Source of the DNA: Zymomonas mobilis subsp. mobilis ATCC 10988
GTDB lineage: Bacteria; Pseudomonadota; Alphaproteobacteria; Sphingomonadales; Sphingomonadaceae
Length of the DNA stretch: 32,000 nt
Assembly: GCF_000175255.2 (NCBI RefSeq)
Contig: NC_017262.1
Span: 1,380,001 to 1,412,000 of the forward strand
Reading direction: 5' to 3'
The notes below the pieces were generated by a model, which did no database searches, had not been told where the DNA came from, and saw only the letters and a program-made list of their open reading frames with translations. Shown here one piece after another: positions 1 through 8,304 of the stretch (its first letter is position 1; every line of letters starts with the position of its first letter). The translations under genes were made by a program, and so were the position numbers.

Positions 1-317
1 AGACCCCGTAAACTGACAAAATTGGTAGGTGCGGCAACAAATTGCCCGACAGCCGGTTGCGTAATAGAAGGCACTAATTGCGCCAAAGCCGAGGTAACAT
101 TCGTCTGGCCGGTTTCCAGCAATTCTCGATTATTCAAAACTTCAATAGGGGAAAGACTATCCCTTATTTTCTTATGCGTTTCACGGGTGCCGGTAACGAT
201 AATGGCATCATTATTAGAAGTATTACTAACAGTATCAGTCGCGGCTTCTACCGGATATTGTAAGAAAAACCATGAAAAGGAAAAAAGAAAACCTCCTTTT
301 TTAATAAAATTTTTCAT
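1..317 (-). CDS. TonB-dependent receptor, N-terminal part (gene runs off the left edge)
   Basis: Reading the minus strand from 317 gives MKNFIKKGGFLFSFSWFFLQYPVEAATDTVSNTSNNDAIIVTGTRETHKKIRDSLSPIEVLNNRELLETGQTNVTSALAQLVPSITQPAVGQFVAAPTNFVSLRG. It has a signal peptide, a TonB-box-like DAIIVTGTR and plug-domain start, and closely resembles the N-terminus of the receptor at 8305-10716. Confidence 0.85.
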   Translation of the reverse strand, partial: MKNFIKKGGFLFSFSWFFLQYPVEAATDTVSNTSNNDAIIVTGTRETHKKIRDSLSPIEVLNNRELLETGQTNVTSALAQLVPSITQPAVGQFVAAPTNFVSLRG

Positions 318-339
318 ACGCCCCCTCTTTAATTTTTAG

Positions 340-1180
340 ATAATTTTGCTTCTCCTCGATAATTTTTAATATAATTATTTTATTTAATGATAAAATTTAA
401 ATATAATTTATGGGTATAAAGTATTTATTTATTGGATATAAATTATTAAATAATGTTATATTATATTTCATCTTTTGAAAAATAAAGAGATCGACTATAC
501 AATAAAGGATAAAAAAGGATGCCATCACCCTAAATTAAAAATAAAAAACTAATTAAAATTAAAATAATTAAACAAATAAAAAAATAAAACAAAATCTATT
601 TTACAGTAATTTTAAAAATAAAAAATTAACTTTATTTGGAATTAAGAGTTTTTTTGAAAAAGACCTATTCAATAACCTAAAATTTTCAGATTATTTTCAT
701 CTAAAAAATATACCGCCGTTAACAAGAGACAAATCCACAGACAGCTTTCCCTTATCGAGTCGCTTCTTTCGAGTCGGATAGCGACGACTCGACAGTTATT
801 TATCCTTCATTCAGCCCTATGGAACGCCCTGAGGTGCTCAATTTCATCCTCTTTCGGAAAGAAAAAAGGACAGCCCTTTTATCCACTCAATTTCTGTGGA
901 TAAGCCTGTGGATAACTAAGGTATAAAAATGGGGATAACTACTGACTCCCCAGTTATCCACAAAGTTATCCCAACTATCCACATCCATTCCACAGAGTTA
1001 TCCACAGGATAAGCCATTTTATACAAAGACAATCTATTATGTGTATAACTCATACGACTCCGTAAGACTCAATGAGTCGCAACAAGCATAAATTGTGGAT
1101 AACTCCGTGGATAAAAATGTTATCCCCATTATCCACAGCCCCAACAACAGCAACAACCATTTAAAGATTCTTAAGGATAG
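340..1180. promoter_or_regulatory. Putative chromosomal replication origin (oriC): AT-rich tract (~340-720) followed by DnaA-box cluster (~879-1137)
   Basis: Exact TTATCCACA or reverse complement at 895-903, 907-915, 954-962, 998-1006, 1094-1102, 1129-1137. TTATACACA at 1040-1048 (reverse). Near-matches at 879-887, 966-974, 975-983, 1106-1114, 1120-1128. Immediately upstream of hemE, the classical alphaproteobacterial oriC location. Confidence 0.88.
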
Positions 1181-1182
1181 TT

Positions 1183-2220
1183 ATGGGTAAATCGCGAAAA
1201 AAGCCTGACGCACCCCTGTTAAAGCTCCTCGCAGGCCAAAAGCTAACAACGCCTCCGATATGGCTTATGCGGCAGGCGGGACGCTATTTGCCCGAATACC
1301 GAAAATTACGAGAACAGAAGGCGGGATTCTTACCGCTGGTCGAAGATTCCGAAGCCGCCGCTGAAGCGACTTTGCAGCCGATCAACCGTTTTCATTTCGA
1401 TGCCGCTATTCTTTTCTCGGATATTCTGGTTATTCCCTATACCCTTGGACAGGATCTTACTTTCGTCAAAGGGGAAGGGCCCAAGCTTACCCCGGCTTTG
1501 GTCAATCATCGTCTGGATCTTCTGACAAAGCTTCCCGATCGCCTAACTCCGATTTATGAAACCGTCCGTCGGGTAGCCCATAGACTTTCTCCTGAAACAA
1601 CCTTTCTCGGCTTCGCGGGCAGCCCTTGGACTGTCGCCACCTATATGGTCGCAGGGGAAGGTAGCCGCGATCAAGCGGTCACAAGGGCAATGGCCTATCG
1701 TGACCCACAGGCTTTTTCAGAAATTATCGAAGCGATCATTGATCTGACGGTTCTCTATCTCGATGGTCAGATCGAAGCCGGTGTCGATGCGGTGCAGCTT
1801 TTTGACAGTTGGGCAGGAACCTTATCGCCACAACAATTTGAACGCTGGGTCATCGACCCAACGGCACGTCTGGTTGAAAAATTACGGGAAAAGCACCCCA
1901 ATATTCCGATCATCGGCTTTCCCAAAGGTGCCGCTAGCCGGATCAAGGCTTATATTGCCGATACCCAAGTCACGGCGATCGGTCTTGATGAAACTATCGA
2001 CCCTTATTGGGCAGATCAATATCTACCCGCTGATTTTCCGGTTCAGGGCAATCTCGACCCCTTGGTGCTTCTTGCAGGTGGCGAGGCTTTGGATCAATCT
2101 ATCACGACTATTCTTGACGCTTTTTCCGAAAGGCCGCATATCTTCAATCTAGGTCACGGGATTCTTCCCCAAACACCGCTCACCCATGTCAGCCATCTTC
2201 TGGAAAAAATACGGGGATAA
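1183..2220 (+). CDS. hemE: Uroporphyrinogen decarboxylase
   Basis: 345 aa; PPIWLMRQAGRYLPEYR N-terminal signature and GFAGSPWTVATYM; RBS-like AAGGA upstream. Confidence 0.97.
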   Translation: MGKSRKKPDAPLLKLLAGQKLTTPPIWLMRQAGRYLPEYRKLREQKAGFLPLVEDSEAAAEATLQPINRFHFDAAILFSDILVIPYTLGQDLTFVKGEGPKLTPALVNHRLDLLTKLPDRLTPIYETVRRVAHRLSPETTFLGFAGSPWTVATYMVAGEGSRDQAVTRAMAYRDPQAFSEIIEAIIDLTVLYLDGQIEAGVDAVQLFDSWAGTLSPQQFERWVIDPTARLVEKLREKHPNIPIIGFPKGAASRIKAYIADTQVTAIGLDETIDPYWADQYLPADFPVQGNLDPLVLLAGGEALDQSITTILDAFSERPHIFNLGHGILPQTPLTHVSHLLEKIRG

Positions 2221-2317
2221 CCTGAAAACCAAAAGAGGCTGGCGGTTCTCTATGCCAATTTTTCAAATTTTGGTAAAGAATAGACCAAACAAAGACGTAT
2301 AATTTGAGGATTAGCCT

Positions 2318-2773
2318 GTGATTGAATGGATGGGTTTTCTTGATAATCTTTACCCTTGGATCAAATCGGCTCATGTTATTTTTGTGATTTTCTGGATGGC
2401 TGGTCTTTTTACCTTACCGCGCTATTGCATTTACCACAGCCAAACCACCCCGGGTTCTGTCGAGGATTTGAAATGGCAAAATCGTGAAACTCGGTTGCGC
2501 CATATCATTTTGACACCCTCGCTTATCCTCTCTTGGGTTTTTGGCCTGTTATTGGCTGTGCATATCGGTGCTTTCGTGATCGGCCATTGGTTTCATGTCA
2601 AATTGCTGGCCGTCATCATTTTAACGGCCTATCATGGCTGGTCTGTCGCTTATGCCAAAAAGCTGGCCAAGGGTTTTCGTCCGGCCAGTGAGCGCGGTCT
2701 CCGATTGATGAACGAAGTCCCGGGCATTATCGCTGCCATTGCGGTGATCTTGGCGATCATCAAACCTTTTTGA
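2318..2773 (+). CDS. hemJ: Protoporphyrinogen oxidase HemJ-like (CopD family) membrane protein, GTG start
   Basis: 151 aa with hydrophobic helices, SAHVIFVIFWMAGLFTLPRYCIYH motif, located between hemE and rho as in many alphaproteobacteria. Confidence 0.88.
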   Translation: MIEWMGFLDNLYPWIKSAHVIFVIFWMAGLFTLPRYCIYHSQTTPGSVEDLKWQNRETRLRHIILTPSLILSWVFGLLLAVHIGAFVIGHWFHVKLLAVIILTAYHGWSVAYAKKLAKGFRPASERGLRLMNEVPGIIAAIAVILAIIKPF

Positions 2774-2830
2774 CGCCAAAGGCAAAAAGAGTCCGGCTTC
2801 CTGATCTTGACTCTGAAAAATAATATCTTT

Positions 2831-2859
2831 AAGCGGGTTTCCCAACGGTGCCCGCTTTT
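2831..2859 (+). terminator. Possible intrinsic terminator after hemJ
   Basis: AAGCGGG (2831-2837) ... CCCGCTT (2851-2857) followed by TT. Confidence 0.45.
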
Positions 2860-2955
2860 CTATCCAAAGGGTAATCTTTTTCACATCACTATTCTGATCC
2901 TTTCTATCATTTCTCAGGCAATAACTTTCATCTTGCCCCTACGGGACTCCCCGAC

Positions 2956-4212
2956 ATGCATCTAAAAGATCTCAAACAAAAAACGCCCTCTGAACTCGTC
3001 AAAATGGCCGAAGAACTTGGAATCGAGGGGGCTTCGACATTACGCAAGCAAGACCTCCTTTTTGCCATTCTCAAGGTTCAGGCCGAAAGAGGCGACCAGA
3101 TTATGGGCTTGGGGACGATCGAGGTTTTGCCTGACGGATTCGGCTTTTTGCGCAGCCCCGAGGCTAACTATCTAGCCGGTCCCGATGATATCTATGTTTC
3201 TCCCAATCAGGTCAGAAAATTTGGCCTACGGACGGGCGATACCGTAGAAGGCGAAATTCGGGGGCCCAAAGATAGCGAACGCTATTTTGCCCTGACCAAG
3301 CTGATTTCGGTTAATTTCGACAATCCCGATAATGTCCGTCATCGCGTCAATTTTGACAATCTGACGCCGCTTTATCCTTCCGAAAAACTCAATCTCGATA
3401 TCAGTGATCCGACCAACAAGGATAAATCGGCACGCGTTATTGATATTGTTGCCCCACAGGGTAAAGGGCAGCGTTCCTTGATCGTTGCGCCACCACGGGT
3501 CGGTAAAACGGTCTTATTACAGAATATCGCGCGGGCGATTTCGGAAAATCACCCCGAAGTTTTCCTGATTGTGCTGCTGATTGATGAACGTCCTGAAGAA
3601 GTCACGGATATGCAGCGTTCAGTTAAAGGGGAGGTGATTTCCTCTACCTTTGATGAACCAGCACAACGCCATGTGCAGGTGGCCGAAATGGTCATTGAAA
3701 AGGCGAAAAGACTGGTCGAACATAAAAAAGACGTGGTTATTCTGCTGGATTCCGTGACCCGCCTTGGCCGTGCTTATAACACGGTGGTGCCGTCCTCCGG
3801 TAAAGTCTTGACGGGGGGTGTTGATGCCAACGCCCTGCAACGCCCAAAACGCTTTTTCGGGGCAGCCCGTAATATCGAAGAAGGCGGCTCGCTTTCTATC
3901 ATCGCCACGGCCTTGATCGACACCGGCAGCCGTATGGACGAAGTCATCTTTGAAGAATTCAAAGGAACGGGTAACTCCGAAGTCGTTCTGGATCGCAAAG
4001 TCGCTGACAAACGGATCTTCCCAGCTATGGATGTGGGTAAATCTGGTACCCGCAAGGAAGAATTGCTGGTTGATAAAGACACGCTTTCCAAAATGTGGGT
4101 GCTGCGTCGTATCCTGATGCAAATGGGAACGGTGGATGCGATGGAATTCTTGCTCGACAAGATGAAGGATTCCAAAACCAATGAAGATTTCTTCGCGTCA
4201 ATGAATCACTAG
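2956..4212 (+). CDS. rho: Transcription termination factor Rho
   Basis: 418 aa; [46 protein letters not shown] Walker [26 protein letters not shown]. Confidence 0.98.
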   Translation: MHLKDLKQKTPSELVKMAEELGIEGASTLRKQDLLFAILKVQAERGDQIMGLGTIEVLPDGFGFLRSPEANYLAGPDDIYVSPNQVRKFGLRTGDTVEGEIRGPKDSERYFALTKLISVNFDNPDNVRHRVNFDNLTPLYPSEKLNLDISDPTNKDKSARVIDIVAPQGKGQRSLIVAPPRVGKTVLLQNIARAISENHPEVFLIVLLIDERPEEVTDMQRSVKGEVISSTFDEPAQRHVQVAEMVIEKAKRLVEHKKDVVILLDSVTRLGRAYNTVVPSSGKVLTGGVDANALQRPKRFFGAARNIEEGGSLSIIATALIDTGSRMDEVIFEEFKGTGNSEVVLDRKVADKRIFPAMDVGKSGTRKEELLVDKDTLSKMWVLRRILMQMGTVDAMEFLLDKMKDSKTNEDFFASMNH

Positions 4213-4246
4213 GATAAAACAGAAGCGTTACTTTTTAATGACAAGA

Positions 4247-4280
4247 AAAAGAGAGCCATCTCCTACAGGCTCTCTTTTCA
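4247..4280 (+). terminator. Intrinsic terminator after rho
   Basis: Perfect 11-bp inverted repeat AAAAGAGAGCC (4247-4257) / GGCTCTCTTTT (4268-4278), 10-nt loop, T-tract. Confidence 0.8.
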
Positions 4281-4369
4281 ACTTGAGAAAAATCGCTGTT
4301 TTTTCTTTTTGTTTTTTCAGAAAGACTGGCATCCCAAGCGTCAAAACTGTTTTATCTTTTGTTTAATCC

Positions 4370-4406
4370 ACAAAGTTATCCACAGGCTGGGGATAACTTT
4401 GTGGAA
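4370..4406. repeat. 14-bp perfect inverted repeat carrying DnaA-box sequences
   Basis: CCACAAAGTTATCC (4370-4383) / GGATAACTTTGTGG (4393-4406); includes TTATCCACA at 4379-4387. Confidence 0.85.
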
Positions 4407-4427
4407 TAGTTTTTTCTTCTTCAAGAA

Positions 4428-4463
4428 AACCGACGGGTCTTTTCTTTGAACCGTCGGTTTTTC
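4428..4463. terminator. Probable bidirectional intrinsic terminator
   Basis: AAAACCGACGG (4428-4438) / CCGTCGGTTTT (4453-4463), between convergent rho and the oxidoreductase gene. Confidence 0.65.
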
Positions 4464-4504
4464 TCAAAACAACCTTGCGATTAGCCCTGAAATTAAGGCG
4501 GCTT

Positions 4505-5506
4505 TTAAGGAATAAGTACCGTAGATCCGGTCGTTTTCCGGCTTTCCAGTAATTGATGGGCTTTCGCCACTTCAGTCAGAGGGAAACGCTGGTTAATTTC
4601 GACTTTCAGGATATTTTTACGTAATAAGGCGAATAATTTCTGACTAGCTGTGGTTAAATCCACAGAGTTATCCACATAATCAATAAGGCGCGGACGGCTT
4701 GTATAAATGGATCCGGCTTTGCTCAATTCTAAAGGCGATAAAGCGGGAACGGGGCCACTAGCATTGCCGTAAACAACCCATAATCCTTTTTTTCTCAAAG
4801 AGGCGATTGAGCTTTTCCAGCTATCGGCACCGACGCTATCAAGCACGGCATGAACGCCTTCGCCGTGATTCTGTTTCCGCACCCAATCTGGTAAATCGCT
4901 ATAGGGCAGGGTCGTCACATAATCGGCACCATTCGCCTTTACTTTGGCGGGTTTTTCTTCAGTGCTGGTATGGGCAAAAACCGTAACACCCAAATATTTC
5001 AGCCAAGGTATCAACAAGCTACCGACACCGCCAGCGGCTGCCAAAACCATGACTTTCGGTGCTTCACCTTCGATTGCAGCATGGGCAAGGCATTTTTCAG
5101 CAAGCATCCAGCTCGTCATGCCTTTTAAAAGAACGGCTGCTGCCGTCTCTGCCGAAATATCATCTGGCAAAGCCACTAATTCGCTAGCATCGACAATCCG
5201 ATGGGTTGCATAGGCACCGGGCTTCGAGGTAAAAATAGCCACCCGATCACCGGCTTTAAAACCCTTAACCTTATCACCGACAGCTTCGATAACACCTGCG
5301 GCTTCACAGCCTAAATTCGCGGGGAAATCCTGTTTATACAGACCGGAACGATGATAAATATCAATAAAGTTAAGACCAATAGCCTGATGCCGTAATAAAA
5401 CTTGGCCTGCTTCTGGCTTCATCTTGCTAAGATCAAGCGGTTTCTTGACCAGAACTTCAGGGCCTCCGGCTTTTTCAGCGATAATCGCATAGGCTTCACT
5501 CATCAT
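4505..5506 (-). CDS. Quinone oxidoreductase / NADPH:quinone reductase-like medium-chain dehydrogenase
   Basis: 333 aa; GLNFIDIYHRSGLYK, PANLGCEAAGVIEAVG, VMVLAAAGGVGSLLIPWLK (nucleotide-binding motif). Confidence 0.93.
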   Translation of the reverse strand: MMSEAYAIIAEKAGGPEVLVKKPLDLSKMKPEAGQVLLRHQAIGLNFIDIYHRSGLYKQDFPANLGCEAAGVIEAVGDKVKGFKAGDRVAIFTSKPGAYATHRIVDASELVALPDDISAETAAAVLLKGMTSWMLAEKCLAHAAIEGEAPKVMVLAAAGGVGSLLIPWLKYLGVTVFAHTSTEEKPAKVKANGADYVTTLPYSDLPDWVRKQNHGEGVHAVLDSVGADSWKSSIASLRKKGLWVVYGNASGPVPALSPLELSKAGSIYTSRPRLIDYVDNSVDLTTASQKLFALLRKNILKVEINQRFPLTEVAKAHQLLESRKTTGSTVLIP

Positions 5507-6204
5507 AAATTCCTTTCAATAAAATCGAGACTCCGCTGATCGGCTAATTCGGCCGATTTTTCAGCGCGTCTTTTCCCTTTTTCGGTCGCAAAACCGTGAC
5601 CCGCTTCGGGATAGACATAAAGCAATGCTTGTTTTTGCTCTGCAAAAGCAGAACGGATGGTTTTAATGGCCTGCTCCGAAACAAAATTGTCGTGATCTCC
5701 GAAATGCAGCAAGAGAGGCGGATGATCTGCCTTTATTTCAGAAAGATGCTGGTCAATATCGACAGCATAATAGCAAACAGCGGCATCGACTTTTTTTCTG
5801 GCTGCCAGAATGAAAGATAAAAAGCCGCCAAGACAATATCCAACAGTAGCAATCTTACAATCAGGCTGTTTTGATCGAGCATATTGAATAGCGGCTTCGA
5901 CAGTGGCCAAAGCCGCTTCATTCTCCAACTTCTGGTAATAGAGCATCGCCTGCTGCATCTCTTCGGGAAGATCGGGATCAAGCTCGACCTCCGGCGCAAT
6001 TTTCCAGAAAAGATCAGCTGCAATGGCGAAATATCCGGCCTTGGCCCAGCGATCGACTCGCCAACGGATGCCGCTATTCAATCCAAATATTTCGGGAATA
6101 ACGACAATAACGCCCTTTGGTTTGTGATCGGGAAGGGCGTAATAGGCTGGAATCTGATGGCATTTATCCACAGAAGGGATGGCTATTTTCTGACCCAAAA
6201 TCAT
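5503..6204 (-). CDS. Dienelactone hydrolase family protein
   Basis: 233 aa; VVIVIPEIFGLN, VGYCLGG nucleophile-cysteine motif, LLLHFGDHD, PEAGHGF; 4-bp ATGA-type overlap with the downstream gene. Confidence 0.92.
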   Translation of the reverse strand: MILGQKIAIPSVDKCHQIPAYYALPDHKPKGVIVVIPEIFGLNSGIRWRVDRWAKAGYFAIAADLFWKIAPEVELDPDLPEEMQQAMLYYQKLENEAALATVEAAIQYARSKQPDCKIATVGYCLGGFLSFILAARKKVDAAVCYYAVDIDQHLSEIKADHPPLLLHFGDHDNFVSEQAIKTIRSAFAEQKQALLYVYPEAGHGFATEKGKRRAEKSAELADQRSLDFIERNL

Positions 6205-6307
6205 ATCCTTTGAAAGCCTGCTTTTTTATCAAGATAAGCGGTGCTCGCCGGATAGAAAGCGGCCATCCCGTCAAAATACGCCCAAAGCCCGAAAAAACAC
6301 GCTTATT

Positions 6308-6808
6308 TTATAAAGAAAAGGAACCGCGATGAAGCCGCTCATGGTCAATCAGCCATGCTTTTGTGGTGATACCTTCTCCGGCAGAATACTGTCCTAAACT
6401 CCCATCGGCCTTAATAATCCGATGGCAAGGCACAATCAGAGCCAAAGGATTTCTGGCACAGGCCTGTCCAATTGCCCGCGCACCGGATTCTGCCTTTATA
6501 GCCAACTGGCGATAGCTGGCGGTCTCACCATAAGGAATCTGGCATAATGCCTGTCTTATGGCTTCTCCTCTTGCCGTTTTCGCAGGTTGAAGCGGCAAAT
6601 CAAAACTGAAAACTTTTCCGGTAAAATAGGCTTCAATCTGGGCAACCACTTCCTTCAATAGCGGTGATTGCTTGAGAATAGCGGCCAAATCCTGTTTTTC
6701 GGGCTTTTTCATCGCAGGCGGCATAATAGCCACCCGCTCAAGATATTGGTCAGAAGCCTGAAGAGAAAACAAACCAATAATGGTCGGATAATAAAGCTGT
6801 GGCATCAT
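6308..6808 (-). CDS. ogt: Methylated-DNA--[protein]-cysteine S-methyltransferase
   Basis: 166 aa; IPYGETASYRQLA and active-site IVPCHRIIKADGSLGQYSAG. Confidence 0.92.
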   Translation of the reverse strand: MMPQLYYPTIIGLFSLQASDQYLERVAIMPPAMKKPEKQDLAAILKQSPLLKEVVAQIEAYFTGKVFSFDLPLQPAKTARGEAIRQALCQIPYGETASYRQLAIKAESGARAIGQACARNPLALIVPCHRIIKADGSLGQYSAGEGITTKAWLIDHERLHRGSFSL

Positions 6809-6996
6809 TTTTGTCTTTGATAATGAGGCCTAAATCTTACCATAAAAAATCCACAGCTGCTTTTATTATTCTGCTGTTCTTCTCCCATAAATCAAAAGCC
6901 TATAACGGGTGACAGAAGTCACGCTTCACGCTAAAAGTTCAGAAAATCCTTCCGCCATCCTCAATACATATCCGCGATCAACAGGGCTTTTCCGCT

Positions 6997-8301
6997 ATGA
7001 AAACCATCTTTGCCTTATCTTCAGGTCGTCCACCGGCAGGCATTGCAGTGATCCGGATCAGCGGCTCTGCGGCTGCGGATACCGCCTGCCTTCTCACGCG
7101 CAAAAAAATCCCTGAAGCCAGACGCGCGGTTTTGCGTAATCTCTATGATCCTGATAGCGGCGAGCAACTGGATCAATCCCTTTTGCTCTGGTTACCCGCC
7201 CCAAAAACCGTGACCGGAGAAGACCTGCTGGAACTTCATGTCCATGGGGGCAGGGCAGTGATTGATGCCGTGCTAAAAACTTTAGAAAAACTGCCGGATT
7301 TACGCCCTGCCGAGGCAGGCGAATTTACCCGCCGTGCTTTTGAAAATGGAGTTATCAGCCTTCACGAAGCTGAAGGCCTAGGCGATTTATTAACAGCGGA
7401 AACCGCCAGCCAAAGACGCGCTGCCTTGATGATGAGCGGGGGTGCCTTGGGGCGACAAATCAGCGCATGGCAAGACAGGCTTCTGGCTCTCTCCGGTCAA
7501 ATTGAGGCCAGTTTTGACTTTGCCGAAGACATTGAAGAAGACGAAACCGAAAGCCGCCAGCATCTCGCTGTGATGAAAGACAAAATAGCCGCTCTTATCG
7601 CGGAACATCGTCAGTTTGAAAATCGTCCCACGATGGAAAGATTGCGGGATGGTTTGCGGGTTGTTTTGGCAGGTCGCCCGAATGCAGGCAAATCAACGCT
7701 GATCAACGCCCTTACCGGACAGGATATAGCGATCACAGCTCCGATAGCAGGCACAACCCGCGATGTGATCGAGGTCAGCTTTGCCCTAAAAGGCATCCCG
7801 ATGCGCTTTTCTGATACGGCAGGATTGCATGAATCCGATGATTTGATCGAAAAAGCGGGCATCGAACGCGCTCAAAGGGCCATTGAAGAAGCGGATATTC
7901 TTTTATGGCTCGGACAAGCGGAAGAGGCTCCCAAAACAGACGGCGAAGTCTTGGTGCTTTATCCGCAAATAGACTTGCCGAAACGTCATCCGATACCAGA
8001 AAAAATTGACATCGCCGTTTCGGCTGTCACTGGCGAAGGTATTGATCGCTTGCAAGAAAAGCTGGTCGAAATCGGGAAAAAAATACTCCCCAAAGAAGAT
8101 GAGGTTACTTTAAACCGCCGCCAACGCCAATTGGTCAAGGAGGCCGCCGATAGCCTCGCTTTGGCCTTGGAGGCCGAAGATATGCTGATCATGGCCGAAG
8201 CTATCCGGCAAGCCTGTCGTTGTTACGACCGGCTCACCGGAAAAGCAGGTGTTGAAAATATGCTCGACAATCTGTTCAGCCGCTTTTGTATTGGCAAGTA
8301 A
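6997..8301 (+). CDS. mnmE: tRNA uridine-5-carboxymethylaminomethyl(34) synthesis GTPase MnmE (TrmE)
   Basis: 434 aa; TIFALSSGRPPAGIAVIRISG, G1 motif AGRPNAGKSTLINAL, AGTTRDVIE, DTAGLHE, C-terminal FCIGK. Confidence 0.98.
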   Translation: MKTIFALSSGRPPAGIAVIRISGSAAADTACLLTRKKIPEARRAVLRNLYDPDSGEQLDQSLLLWLPAPKTVTGEDLLELHVHGGRAVIDAVLKTLEKLPDLRPAEAGEFTRRAFENGVISLHEAEGLGDLLTAETASQRRAALMMSGGALGRQISAWQDRLLALSGQIEASFDFAEDIEEDETESRQHLAVMKDKIAALIAEHRQFENRPTMERLRDGLRVVLAGRPNAGKSTLINALTGQDIAITAPIAGTTRDVIEVSFALKGIPMRFSDTAGLHESDDLIEKAGIERAQRAIEEADILLWLGQAEEAPKTDGEVLVLYPQIDLPKRHPIPEKIDIAVSAVTGEGIDRLQEKLVEIGKKILPKEDEVTLNRRQRQLVKEAADSLALALEAEDMLIMAEAIRQACRCYDRLTGKAGVENMLDNLFSRFCIGK

Positions 8302-8304
8302 AAT

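Noticed and set aside
22-339. Plus-strand 105-aa ORF at the left edge
   Set aside because: It is antisense to a clear TonB-dependent receptor N-terminus on the minus strand.
340-720. Possible Fur boxes or CtrA TTAA-N7-TTAA sites in the AT-rich tract
   Set aside because: TTAA and AATTAT strings are abundant here by composition; I found no correctly spaced pair or convincing 19-bp Fur box.
3619-4181. Long minus-strand ORFs inside rho (167 aa and 135 aa)
   Set aside because: Shadow ORFs antisense to a strongly conserved rho coding sequence.
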